Below, piece after piece: positions 1 through 8,047 of a stretch of 64,000 nucleotides of DNA. The notes under the pieces are model-generated. The model saw only the letters and a list, made by a program, of their open reading frames with translations. It had not been told where the DNA came from and did no database searches. The DNA is from Chloroflexota bacterium (GTDB lineage Bacteria > Chloroflexota > Anaerolineae > Anaerolineales > UBA11858), in contig VGOC01000001.1 in NCBI GenBank assembly GCA_016865865.1, positions 513-64,512 of the forward strand. Reading direction: 5' to 3'. The stretch's first letter is position 1, and every line of letters starts with the position of its first letter. The position numbers and the translations under genes were made by a program.

Positions 1-18
1 GTCGCAATATGGAAGAAT

Positions 19-1218
19 ATGCAACTGACTAAAGAAGCACAAGCCATGCTGGATGGGACGCAGGGGCGCGCAACGCAGAAGGCTATGGAAATCCTGGCTA
101 CGCTGGGCGCGATCTATGGCGCCGAGCGTTTGATCCCGGTAACCTCTGTGCAGGTGGCTGGGGTCAGTTACGCCAATCTGGGGGAGGCCGGGCTGGCTTT
201 TCTCTCCGAAATGGCCGAGGGTGGAGGCCGCGCCCGCGTCCTGACCACGCTCAACCCGGCGGGGATGGATATCGAAAACTGGAAGAACCTGGGCATCGAG
301 GCTGATTTCGCCGAGAATCAACGGCGCGTGTTGGAGGCATATGAGCGCATGAATATCATCGCCGCGGCTACATGCACGCCCTATCTGATCGGAAACACGC
401 CCCATTTCGGCGAGCATATCGCCTGGGCCGAGTCCAGCGCGGTGTGCTATGCCAACTCAGTGTTGGGAGCGCGCAGCAACCGGGAGGGCGGGCCCAGCGC
501 CCTGGCGGCCTCGCTGACCGGGTTGACCCCGGAATATGGATATCACCTGGACGCGTATCGGCAGCCCACGCTCGGCATTCATGTGGAGAGTGGTCTAGGC
601 GAAAACGCAGATTTTGGGGCTTTTGGAAAAGTCTTAGGAGAGCGGTTGGAAAAAAGTGGTGGTAGGCGCGTGCCTTATATCCAGGGGATTGCATCGGCCT
701 CGGTGGAGAATCTGAAATCGTTGTGCGCCAGTCTGGCGACCTATGGGGGGGTGACCCTGTTCCATATCGCAGGGATCACCCCCGAGGCGAGTCGGTTCGT
801 CCCGCCTGATGAGCAGATGGTCATCGAAGAGGAGGATATCCAAAAGGCCAGGGAATCGATGAGCGACGCGGATTCCACAGAGATTGATTTCGTCAGCCTG
901 GGCTGCCCGCATTTGTCCATCAAAGAGATCGCTCGAATTGCGGAGTTGTTGGAGGGAAAGCAGGTCGTAAAAGAATTCTGGATCACCACTGCCCGCCCGA
1001 CCAAAGCGATCGCAGACCGAATGGGCTATACAGCGGTGATCGAAGCCGCGGGTGCCAGGTTCGCCGCCGATACCTGCTGCGTGGTGGCGCCGATCGCAGG
1101 TCGCTTTCGCGCCCTGGCAACGGATAGCGCCAAGGCCTGTTACTATGCTTCCGCCAAGAACAAATTCAAGACGGCGCTGCTGCCCTTCGATGAGGCGGTG
1201 CGGCAAGCGTTGGGCTAA
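19..1218 (+). CDS. Aconitase X (AcnX / DUF521) catalytic-subunit-like protein
   Basis: 399-aa ORF. Blocks 'LIPVTSVQVAGVSYANLG', 'AWAESSAVCYANSVLGARSNREGGPSAL' and the Cys-rich 'AADTCCVVAP' match my recollection of the DUF521/AcnX large subunit. No DUF126 small-subunit ORF is visible downstream. Confidence 0.65.
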   Translation: MQLTKEAQAMLDGTQGRATQKAMEILATLGAIYGAERLIPVTSVQVAGVSYANLGEAGLAFLSEMAEGGGRARVLTTLNPAGMDIENWKNLGIEADFAENQRRVLEAYERMNIIAAATCTPYLIGNTPHFGEHIAWAESSAVCYANSVLGARSNREGGPSALAASLTGLTPEYGYHLDAYRQPTLGIHVESGLGENADFGAFGKVLGERLEKSGGRRVPYIQGIASASVENLKSLCASLATYGGVTLFHIAGITPEASRFVPPDEQMVIEEEDIQKARESMSDADSTEIDFVSLGCPHLSIKEIARIAELLEGKQVVKEFWITTARPTKAIADRMGYTAVIEAAGARFAADTCCVVAPIAGRFRALATDSAKACYYASAKNKFKTALLPFDEAVRQALG

Positions 1219-1246
1219 TCGAATGTTGGCTTATGTTGTATAATCG

Positions 1247-1328
1247 TCAGATCACGAAAAGGATCATAAGCCCGTCCCCGGGCGACCCGATGACGGGTCT
1301 TTGATCCTGTTTTTGTGAAGTACTGATA
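1247..1328 (+). repeat. ~83-bp hairpin-forming intergenic repeat, copy 1 (more diverged)
   Basis: Shares 'CACGAAAA..GATC..AGCCCGTCCCCGGGCGACCCG..GACGGGTCTT.GATCC..TTT.GTGAAGTACTGAT' with the copies at 2157-2239 and 3688-3770. Confidence 0.8.
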
Positions 1329-1362
1329 ATCATCAGGACTGATTCGCTGATGGAGACGAGGT

Positions 1363-2049
1363 ATGGCCGACGGAGACGACAAAAAACTAACAGAAAGCAA
1401 GTCCGCTGAAAGTGGGAAATCGCCTGCTAAAGAGAAGAAATCGGCCTGGGAAAATCTGCCGAAAATCCTTGGTCAGATCGCGGCGTTGATCATTGCCCTG
1501 GGAGCCATTTTCGGCGCGCTCGACAAGGTGGGGGTGTTCGATCCTGATCCAACAGCGACGCCGACCGTGACCGCCTCGTCTACTCCAACGGAAACATCTA
1601 CCATCACCCCCACCACGCGTCCAACGACTGTGACGCCCACATTGACTGATACGATGACGGCGACCCCAATCCCCAGTGATACACTTACTCCCACCATCAC
1701 ACGGACGCCCACCCGCACGCTGACACCCACTCTCTATCCTGGCGAGCCGATCCTGGTAGTGTTGGCCTGGCCAGGGATCAATATACGCCGCGGACCTGGC
1801 TTCGATTATCCATATGGAGAGCCGGCGGGGATTGTGCCCTATGGCAGCACAGTGCGTTTACTGGGGAGGACCGAAAACTGGAACTGGTATCGCATCGAAT
1901 GTCCCATCGAGATGCCCATCGAGACTGGCTGCTGGGTCACTGCGGACCCCAATTATTCCAACGCCTTTTTTGTCGAGAATGTGCCCGAATTGCTGCCGCC
2001 GGCCACTTTTACCCCGATGCCTTCGCCCACTCAGACGCCGCCGGGGTAA
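1363..2049 (+). CDS. Membrane-anchored Thr/Pro-rich protein with C-terminal SH3b-like domain
   Basis: One hydrophobic helix 'ILGQIAALIIALGAIFGAL', then a long T/P-rich linker. The C-terminal block 'INIRRGPGFDYPY..VRLLGRTENWNWYRIEC' resembles bacterial SH3 domains. Confidence 0.55.
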   Translation: MADGDDKKLTESKSAESGKSPAKEKKSAWENLPKILGQIAALIIALGAIFGALDKVGVFDPDPTATPTVTASSTPTETSTITPTTRPTTVTPTLTDTMTATPIPSDTLTPTITRTPTRTLTPTLYPGEPILVVLAWPGINIRRGPGFDYPYGEPAGIVPYGSTVRLLGRTENWNWYRIECPIEMPIETGCWVTADPNYSNAFFVENVPELLPPATFTPMPSPTQTPPG

Positions 2050-2156
2050 TCCCCCTTATCAAATCCGAAAGGTGGCTTGTTACGACACCGAAAAGAGAAT
2101 ACAATCAGTAAGCCCGGTGAGATTCACATCGGCGTCATCGGCGTGTATCAGCACAC

Positions 2157-2239
2157 TCAGTAGTTCACGAAAACGATCAGGAGCCCGTCCCCGGGCGACC
2201 CGCGGACGGGTCTTGGATCCTTTTTCGTGAAGTACTGAT
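2157..2239 (+). repeat. ~83-bp hairpin-forming intergenic repeat, copy 2
   Basis: Nearly identical to the reverse complement of 3688-3770. Long imperfect stem (TTCACGAAAACGATCAGGAGCCCGTC / GACGGGTCTTGGATCCTTTTTCGTGAA). Confidence 0.85.
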
Positions 2240-2289
2240 ACTGTACTTCTCTGTTGGGCGTCGGCTTGTCCGAGTCAGGAGCGATCATT

Positions 2290-2931
2290 ATGAATGTCCC
2301 CTATGGCCCTATCCTCGTAGTCGAAGATGTCCCTCATATTTTGGAATTGTTGGCGGTGACCTTGCGCTTCAAGGGCTACCCGGTAGTCACGGCGGCCAAT
2401 GGCGAAGAAGCCCTGAAGATGATCGCCAGGGAAAGGCCAGCCATTGTGATCACCGATATATTAATGCCGCGCATGGATGGCTTCGCGTTGATGCACCGAC
2501 TGCGCAGCGACCCCAAAACCAGCCGCATCCCCGTAGTCTTTTTATCGGCGACCTATATTACTCCCGAGGACAGGGATTTTGCCCTGCAACTTGGGGCGGT
2601 GCGCTTTCTGGAGAAACCCGTTGACACGCCGGAATTCCTGCTGACGGTAGCGGAAATCCTGACCCAAGGGCCGCCGACCATCCCTCCGCCGATGAGCGAG
2701 AGCGATTTCTACCGCGGTTACCGGGAGCGGTTGGAGAATAAGCTGCGCCACAAGAGCCAGCAAATCGCGCGCACCGAACGGTTATTGGCGACGCTCCCCC
2801 CGGAACAGAAACCAGCTTTCGAGTCGATCTTGGAAGAATCGCACGCCCACCGTACAGAGATCCAGGACGAGCTTGACCAGCTTTACAAGATCCTCGCCCA
2901 AGAGAACGACAGTGCAGCCCAAGATATCTGA
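2290..2931 (+). CDS. Response regulator receiver (CheY-like) protein with helical C-terminal tail
   Basis: 'ILVVEDVPHILELL...AIVITDILMPRMDGFAL...IPVVFLSA' receiver-domain signature. The ATG at 2290 is preferred over the upstream TTG at 2254. Confidence 0.85.
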   Translation: MNVPYGPILVVEDVPHILELLAVTLRFKGYPVVTAANGEEALKMIARERPAIVITDILMPRMDGFALMHRLRSDPKTSRIPVVFLSATYITPEDRDFALQLGAVRFLEKPVDTPEFLLTVAEILTQGPPTIPPPMSESDFYRGYRERLENKLRHKSQQIARTERLLATLPPEQKPAFESILEESHAHRTEIQDELDQLYKILAQENDSAAQDI

Positions 2932-3685
2932 TCTGATCGAACTGGCTCGCGGGGCCGGCGAAATCTTGCGCGATGGCTTCGGTAGAGGAATCCAGGTCGA
3001 GCACAAGGGCGAAATCAACCTGGTTACTGAGCTGGATCGCCGTTCCGAGGCTTACCTGTTGAGTGAACTTCGGCGGCGATTTTCTGGTCATCGTGTGGTG
3101 ACTGAGGAAAGCCGCGGCCTCGAAGGTGACGACGGGCATATCTGGTATATTGACCCCCTGGACGGCACAGTCAATTACACCCATGGCATCCCGATCTTCT
3201 CGGTTTCTCTAGCCTGTGCGCAGGGCAATGATCTGCTCTTCGGGGTGGTCTATGACCCCATGCGGGATGAATGTTTTTATGCGGAACGCGGCAAAGGGGC
3301 CTGGCTGGACGGACGACCTTTGGGCGTGTCCTCTGCGCTCGAAATTAGGACCTGTCTCCTGGTGACCGGCTTCTCCTACGATTCCTGGACTAACCCCGAC
3401 AACAACCTGAACCACTTTGCAGATTTCACGCTGCGCACGCAAGGCGTCAGGCGATTAGGTTCTGCCGCCCTGGATTTGTGCTATGTGGCCGCAGGGCGTT
3501 TCGATGGATTTTGGGAACTGCGCCTGAACGCCTGGGATGTAGCTGCCGGCGCCCTGATTGCACAGGAGGCCGGCGCGGTAGTGACGGATATTCAGGGTGA
3601 ACCGGAATACTTCCGCAAGCCCTTTTCGATCCTGGCTGCCAACCCCCACATTCACCCCAAGATGGTAGAAGTGCTCAAAAGCTGA
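2912..3685 (+). CDS. Inositol monophosphatase family protein (SuhB-like)
   Basis: 'VVTEES...WYIDPLDGTVNYTHGIP' and 'LRLNAWDVAAGALIAQEAG' are IMPase motifs. The start is uncertain (GTG 2912 or the upstream start at 2873, which overlaps the preceding gene). Confidence 0.85.
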   Translation: MQPKISDLIELARGAGEILRDGFGRGIQVEHKGEINLVTELDRRSEAYLLSELRRRFSGHRVVTEESRGLEGDDGHIWYIDPLDGTVNYTHGIPIFSVSLACAQGNDLLFGVVYDPMRDECFYAERGKGAWLDGRPLGVSSALEIRTCLLVTGFSYDSWTNPDNNLNHFADFTLRTQGVRRLGSAALDLCYVAAGRFDGFWELRLNAWDVAAGALIAQEAGAVVTDIQGEPEYFRKPFSILAANPHIHPKMVEVLKS

Positions 3686-3687
3686 TC

Positions 3688-3770
3688 ATCAGTACTTCAC
3701 GAAAGATGATCCAAGACCCGTCTGCGGGTCGCCCGGGGACGGGCTCCTGATCGTTTTCGTGAACTACTGA
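3688..3770 (-). repeat. ~83-bp hairpin-forming intergenic repeat, copy 3 (inverted)
   Basis: Its reverse complement matches copy 2 almost base for base. It sits between the convergent IMPase and surE genes. Confidence 0.85.
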
Positions 3771-3780
3771 TAATCTGATG

Positions 3781-4590
3781 TCAGCCCCGCAGAAGATCAG
3801 CGAGATCGTCCAGAGGCACGCGCGAGGTGAGGTCGAGGCTCAGCGGGGTTACGGCGACGACCTGCTTGATATAGAGGGCGTGGACATCGGACTCTGGCGG
3901 CGTTTGCTCCCAATCCTCCGCGACGCGATAGCGTATTTGCGTGGGTTGATCCCACGAGTCGCGCTCTGGTCGGATGGCCTGGTAGAAACGCACCGGGGAG
4001 ATGCGGGTGACCTCCCAAGGCGTCTCCGGCGTGGCGTTGGCGGGGATTTCCACTTTGAGCACATGCACGTCCGGGGGCAAGGACTTCTCCAATAGCCGTT
4101 TTCCGAAATAGGCCGCGAAGTACGCTGCGGCAGAAAAATCCACCTCGGTGGAGTAGGAGAGGTGATTTTCCACTTCAGTATCCACGGAGATCGCCAGGGC
4201 GGGTATCCCCAGGGCGGCGGCTTCCAGGGCTGCGCCGACCGTTCCCGAGACGGTTGTCCCGCTGCCGATGTTTGCGCCGTAGTTGATCCCCGAAACCACC
4301 AGGTCTGGCGCGCGGGGCATGACCTCCAGCGCGCCGTGCAAGACAGCCTGCGCGGGAGAACCGCCGACAGCATACACCGTCCAGGTTTTGCCGTTGACCT
4401 GGACTTCTTTGGGGGTGATGATTCCATCGGATGTGGCTGGCAGGCTACGCCCCGCGCCGGAGCTTTGCTCTCGCGGAGCGACCACGGTGACGTATCCCAA
4501 CGCCTCTAGCGCCCCCGCCGCAGCCCACAGGCCGGGGGATAGGATGCCGTCGTCGTTGGTGAGCAGAATTTGTGTCTTTTCGGTGTTCAT
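3781..4590 (-). CDS. surE: 5'/3'-nucleotidase SurE
   Basis: 'ILLTNDDGILSPGL', 'VVSGINYGANIGSGTTVSGTVGAALEAA' are SurE signatures. Confidence 0.9.
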   Translation of the reverse strand: MNTEKTQILLTNDDGILSPGLWAAAGALEALGYVTVVAPREQSSGAGRSLPATSDGIITPKEVQVNGKTWTVYAVGGSPAQAVLHGALEVMPRAPDLVVSGINYGANIGSGTTVSGTVGAALEAAALGIPALAISVDTEVENHLSYSTEVDFSAAAYFAAYFGKRLLEKSLPPDVHVLKVEIPANATPETPWEVTRISPVRFYQAIRPERDSWDQPTQIRYRVAEDWEQTPPESDVHALYIKQVVAVTPLSLDLTSRVPLDDLADLLRG

Positions 4591-4672
4591 GCGATAGTGA
4601 TAAGGTAGGGTGCAATTCGGGAGATGCTATCAGGCGATAAACCCGGCATGAAATTGCACCCCACCTCGGTTA

Positions 4673-4700
4673 CAAAAAAAGAGCGGGAATGACCCGCTCT
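4673..4700 (-). terminator. Rho-independent terminator after the tRNA cluster (minus strand)
   Basis: Hairpin AGAGCGGG-aatga-CCCGCTCT, followed on the minus strand by a T-run (the plus-strand A-run at 4674-4680). Confidence 0.6.
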
Positions 4701-4703
4701 ATC

Positions 4704-4779
4704 TGGCGCCCTCGGCGTGACTCGAACACGCGACCCCTTAGTCCGCAACCAAGTGCTCTATCCACTGAGCTACGAGGGC
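4704..4779 (-). tRNA. tRNA-Arg (anticodon GCG), CCA encoded
   Basis: The reverse complement folds by hand as GCCCTCG/..GCTCAGTGGATAGAGC..CTTGG-TTGCGGA-CTAAG..GTTCGAGTC..CGAGGGC-G-CCA. Confidence 0.9.
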
Positions 4780-4783
4780 GAGG

Positions 4784-4875
4784 CGGGGAGGGCGGGATTC
4801 GAACCCGCGGTCGAGGTTTATTGCCCCGACAACCGCTTAGCAGGCGGTCCCAATCGACCACTCTGGCACCTCCCC
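4784..4875 (-). tRNA. tRNA-Ser (anticodon GCU), long variable arm
   Basis: Reverse complement GGGGAGG..ACCGC-CTGCTAA-GCGGT plus a long extra arm, then GGTTCGAATCC and CCTCCCC-G. Confidence 0.88.
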
Positions 4876-4891
4876 GGGCGAATGATCTATC

Positions 4892-4979
4892 TGGCGGAGG
4901 GAGTGGGATTCGAACCCACGATGGATTGCTCCATACCGGTTTTCAAGACCGGCGCCATTGTCCACTCGGCCATCCCTCC
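4892..4979 (-). tRNA. tRNA-Ser (anticodon UGA), long variable arm, CCA encoded
   Basis: Reverse complement GGAGGGA..CCGGT-CTTGAAA-ACCGG plus an extra arm, then GGTTCGAATCC and the acceptor 3' strand followed by GCCA. Confidence 0.88.
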
Positions 4980-5060
4980 AGGTTGTGGGTCGAGAGAACC
5001 CCTCCCAGGCGGCAGGATTCTACCACAGGAAAGCGAGAGGGGCAATGATAAAACCTTCCC

Positions 5061-5089
5061 TTGACCAATCATCCCTTCCAGGCTAAAAT
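5061..5089 (+). promoter_or_regulatory. Sigma70-like promoter upstream of ffh
   Basis: TTGACC (5061-5066), 17-nt spacer, TAAAAT (5084-5089), about 55 nt upstream of the ffh ATG. Confidence 0.5.
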
Positions 5090-5142
5090 CCAACTTCGCG
5101 GCTGGCCCGTTCTCAGGATGCCAGCCGCTATTTTGGCATCTT

Positions 5143-6465
5143 ATGTTCGAGAACCTGACTCAACGCCTGAACGGCGTTTTCGACAAGCTGCGTCGCCGCG
5201 GCAAGCTCTCCGAGCGCGATGTGGACGAAGCCATGCGTGAAGTGCGCCTGGCCTTGTTGGAAGCCGATGTACATTATAAAGTGACGAAAGATTTCGTGGC
5301 CCGCCTGCGGGAGCGAGCGGTAGGGCGCGAGGTCTCGCGCGCTCTCAACCCCGGACAGCAGGTGATCAAGATCGTCCATGAGGAGATGATCGCCACCCTG
5401 GGCGAGCCTGCCCCGCTGGACTTGCACGGCCCCAAGCCGCGCCTGATAATGTTGGCAGGTTTGCAAGGCTCTGGCAAGACCACTGCGGCTGGGAAGCTGG
5501 CGCACCTCTTGCGCGCTCAAGGGGAACGCATTTTGCTGGTGGCTGCAGATCCTTACCGTCCGGCGGCTGTGCAGCAGTTGCAGACCCTGGGTGAGCGCCT
5601 GGACATCGAGGTTTTCTCCGAGCCTGGAATCGCGCCGCCGGAGATTGTCAAAAAAGCCCATGCGCGAGCGCAGAAAGGCGGTTTCAGCGTCGCCATTCTG
5701 GATACCGCCGGTCGTTCGCAGCTAGACAATCAACTGATGGCTGAACTTCGCGCCATTCACCAAAAAGTGGAATTAGCCGAGGTTTTGCTGGTGGTTGACG
5801 CCATGATCGGACAAGAGGCAGTCAACATCGCCCAGGGATTCCGCGAGGCGGTTCCACTGACGGGGTTGATCCTCACCAAGATGGATGGCGACGCCCGCGG
5901 CGGCGCGGCCATTTCCATCCGCTCGGTGACTGGTGTGCCGATCAAGTTCCTGGGTACCGGCGAAGGATTGGACGCTCTGGAAGTCTATGATCCCGCGCGC
6001 CTGTCGTCCCGTATTTTGGGGATGGGCGATGTGATTGGCTTGATCGAGCGCGCTGAGGCTGCTTTCGATGAAGAGATTGCCGAACAGCAGGCCAGCCGAA
6101 TGCTCTCCGGCGAGTTCAGCCTGGATGATTTCGCCAAACAGTTGCAGCAGGTTCGTAAGATGGGCCCAATTGGTCAACTCCTGGAGTTGATGCCGGGCGG
6201 CATGGGGCGCATGGCGAATGCCATTGATCCCCGAGACGCTGAGAAACAATTCAAAAAAACAGAAGCGATTCTCAGTTCTATGACGACGGAAGAACGCCTG
6301 AAGCCAAAGGTCTTGGATGCCAGCCGCCGCAGGCGAATCGCCAGCGGTTCCGGTACGCAGGTTCAGGATGTCAATCAATTGATCAAACAATACCAGGAGG
6401 CGCGCAACCTGATGAAAAGAATCAAGAAGTCTGGTATGCGTGGCATGGCTGGTTTGTTCGGGTAG
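5143..6465 (+). CDS. ffh: Signal recognition particle protein Ffh
   Basis: 'MLAGLQGSGKTTAAGKLA', 'DTAGR', 'LTKMDGDARGGAA' and the Met-rich M-domain 'LLELMPGGMGRM'. Confidence 0.97.
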   Translation: MFENLTQRLNGVFDKLRRRGKLSERDVDEAMREVRLALLEADVHYKVTKDFVARLRERAVGREVSRALNPGQQVIKIVHEEMIATLGEPAPLDLHGPKPRLIMLAGLQGSGKTTAAGKLAHLLRAQGERILLVAADPYRPAAVQQLQTLGERLDIEVFSEPGIAPPEIVKKAHARAQKGGFSVAILDTAGRSQLDNQLMAELRAIHQKVELAEVLLVVDAMIGQEAVNIAQGFREAVPLTGLILTKMDGDARGGAAISIRSVTGVPIKFLGTGEGLDALEVYDPARLSSRILGMGDVIGLIERAEAAFDEEIAEQQASRMLSGEFSLDDFAKQLQQVRKMGPIGQLLELMPGGMGRMANAIDPRDAEKQFKKTEAILSSMTTEERLKPKVLDASRRRRIASGSGTQVQDVNQLIKQYQEARNLMKRIKKSGMRGMAGLFG

Positions 6466-6494
6466 AATCGTTTCAGAATGAAGGAGACAGATCA

Positions 6495-7004
6495 ATGGTT
6501 CGATTAAGATTGCGCCGTGTTGGCGCAAAAAAGCAGCCCAGCTACCGTGTTGTGGCTGCGGAGAAGGAAAGTCCCCGCGATGGACGTTTCCTCGAAGTTT
6601 TGGGATTCTACAACCCCCGCACGAAACCCTCCACGATTCAACTAGGAGAGGATCGCGTCTATCACTGGTTGAGCGAAGGCGCCCAGCCTTCGGATGCGGT
6701 TCGTCGTTTGTTCGATCAGGTTGGCTTGTGGAATCGCTATCAGCGTTTCAAGGATGGCGAGGACATCGAAAAGCTTCTGGAAGAAGCTGCTGCTGCGGAA
6801 GAAGCCCGGGGCGCTGATCCCAGGACGCGCCGCGATGATCTCATGGGGCAAGCCAAGAAAGCAGCTAAACCGGCTAAAAAGGTAGAAGAGGCCGCGGAGG
6901 TCGAAGAAGCTGTGGAGATCGAAGAGGTCGAGGAGGCGGAGGCGGTTGACGAGGCCGAAGAAACCCCTGAAGAACCTGCGGAAGCCGTAGAGGATGAGGA
7001 ATAA
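6495..7004 (+). CDS. rpsP: 30S ribosomal protein S16 with long acidic C-terminal extension
   Basis: 'MVRLRLRRVGAKKQPSYRVVAAEKESPRDGRFLEVLGFYNP' is S16. About 85 extra residues follow, rich in E/A/K. Confidence 0.95.
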   Translation: MVRLRLRRVGAKKQPSYRVVAAEKESPRDGRFLEVLGFYNPRTKPSTIQLGEDRVYHWLSEGAQPSDAVRRLFDQVGLWNRYQRFKDGEDIEKLLEEAAAAEEARGADPRTRRDDLMGQAKKAAKPAKKVEEAAEVEEAVEIEEVEEAEAVDEAEETPEEPAEAVEDEE

Positions 7005-7067
7005 ATATCCGATTGTGGGCGCTTTCGCCCTTTGCTTCTTGCTTTTTAATCACCTCGGAGGTGGCTT

Positions 7068-7304
7068 TTGAAGGAATTGGTCGAGTATATCGCTCGTTCC
7101 CTGGTGGATGATCCCATGGAGGTCCATGTGGAACAGAGAGGCCAGGGTTCCAAGGTATATCTGAACTTACATGTGGCGAAGGAAGATATGGGGCGAGTGA
7201 TTGGAAAGGGGGGGCGCGTGGCAAACGCTATCCGGCAATTGCTGCATGTTGCCGCGGCTCAAGAAGGCAAGGACGCCTCGCTCGATATCGAAGACCCGCA
7301 ATGA
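7068..7304 (+). CDS. KH domain-containing RNA-binding protein (YlqC/UPF0109-like)
   Basis: 'KELVEYIARSLVDDP..V..E......V.L.L.VAKEDMGRVIGKGGRVANAIR'. Conserved position between rpsP and rimM. TTG start preceded by GGAGGTGG. Confidence 0.85.
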   Translation: MKELVEYIARSLVDDPMEVHVEQRGQGSKVYLNLHVAKEDMGRVIGKGGRVANAIRQLLHVAAAQEGKDASLDIEDPQ

Positions 7305-7876
7305 CCCATAACCAGGTTCAACATCCTGATCGCAAACCAGGCTCGCCGAACGATGGCGAGCCTGAGTTCTTGGTAGTTGGTAAACTCCGACGCCCCCATG
7401 GTTTGGGCGGGGAAATGATCATGTCGGTGTGGACAGATTTCCCCAACCGCCTGACCCCAGGCGCACGACTCTACGTTGGCGACGACCATGAACTCGTCGA
7501 GGTTCGGAGCAGCCGTTGGCATGACCAGGACCTGTTGATCGGGTTCGAAGGGTATCAGGACCGGGATCACGTTGGGGTTTTTCGCAATCAATCGGTTTAT
7601 GTACGCGCAGAGGAGATTCCCGCTTTAGCGGAGGGTGAGATCTATCTCCATCAATTGCTGGGGTTGCGCGTGATTCGCGATGAGGATAACTCCGCGCTGG
7701 GAACGGTGATCAACCTGATCGAAACCAGCGGCGCAAACGATGTCTTTGTAGTGCGCACTGAGGATGGCGTCGAGTGGCTTCTACCGGATATCGAGACGGT
7801 AATCCTGGATATCAACATTGCTCGCGGCGAAATGCGAGTTCATCTTCTCCCTGGCCTGCTGCCCGACAGGAGATAA
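7301..7876 (+). CDS. rimM: 16S rRNA processing protein RimM
   Basis: 'FLVVGKLRRPHGLGGEM', a PRC-barrel-like C-terminus, and synteny with rpsP. A 4-nt overlap with the preceding stop. Confidence 0.88.
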   Translation: MTHNQVQHPDRKPGSPNDGEPEFLVVGKLRRPHGLGGEMIMSVWTDFPNRLTPGARLYVGDDHELVEVRSSRWHDQDLLIGFEGYQDRDHVGVFRNQSVYVRAEEIPALAEGEIYLHQLLGLRVIRDEDNSALGTVINLIETSGANDVFVVRTEDGVEWLLPDIETVILDINIARGEMRVHLLPGLLPDRR

Positions 7877-7932
7877 CCCGAAAAAAGGGGTGGGGGGCGT
7901 ACGGAGCATGCCCCCCCACCCCTTTTTTTGGG
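7877..7932. repeat. CCCGAAAAAAGGG...CCCTTTTTTTGGG palindromic element (core only), terminator-like
   Basis: Hairpin CCCGAAAAAAGGGGTGGGGGG / CCCCCCCACCCCTTTTTTTGGG directly after the rimM stop. Same core architecture as 20296-20358 and 32539-32600. Confidence 0.7.
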
Positions 7933-8047
7933 AATCCTTCTGACAACATTTGCGCGCACACCTCACTATCTCGTCTTGACATATCCGAAAACGGTATGGT
8001 ATTCTGATTAAGGCTTGTTAATGAGAATCTGATTAACCTGAGGGCCG

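Noticed and set aside
1473-1730. 85-aa minus-strand 'GV'-repeat ORF.
   Set aside because: It is the antisense translation of the Thr/Pro-rich linker of the 1363-2049 gene.
4689-5064. ORFs of 115-119 aa on the plus strand and 63-68 aa on the minus strand.
   Set aside because: They overlap three well-formed tRNA genes and are translation artefacts.
4604-5100. tRNA cluster as an integration site of a genomic island.
   Set aside because: There is no integrase, no direct repeat of a tRNA 3' end and no foreign-looking genes adjacent. The flanks are surE and ffh.
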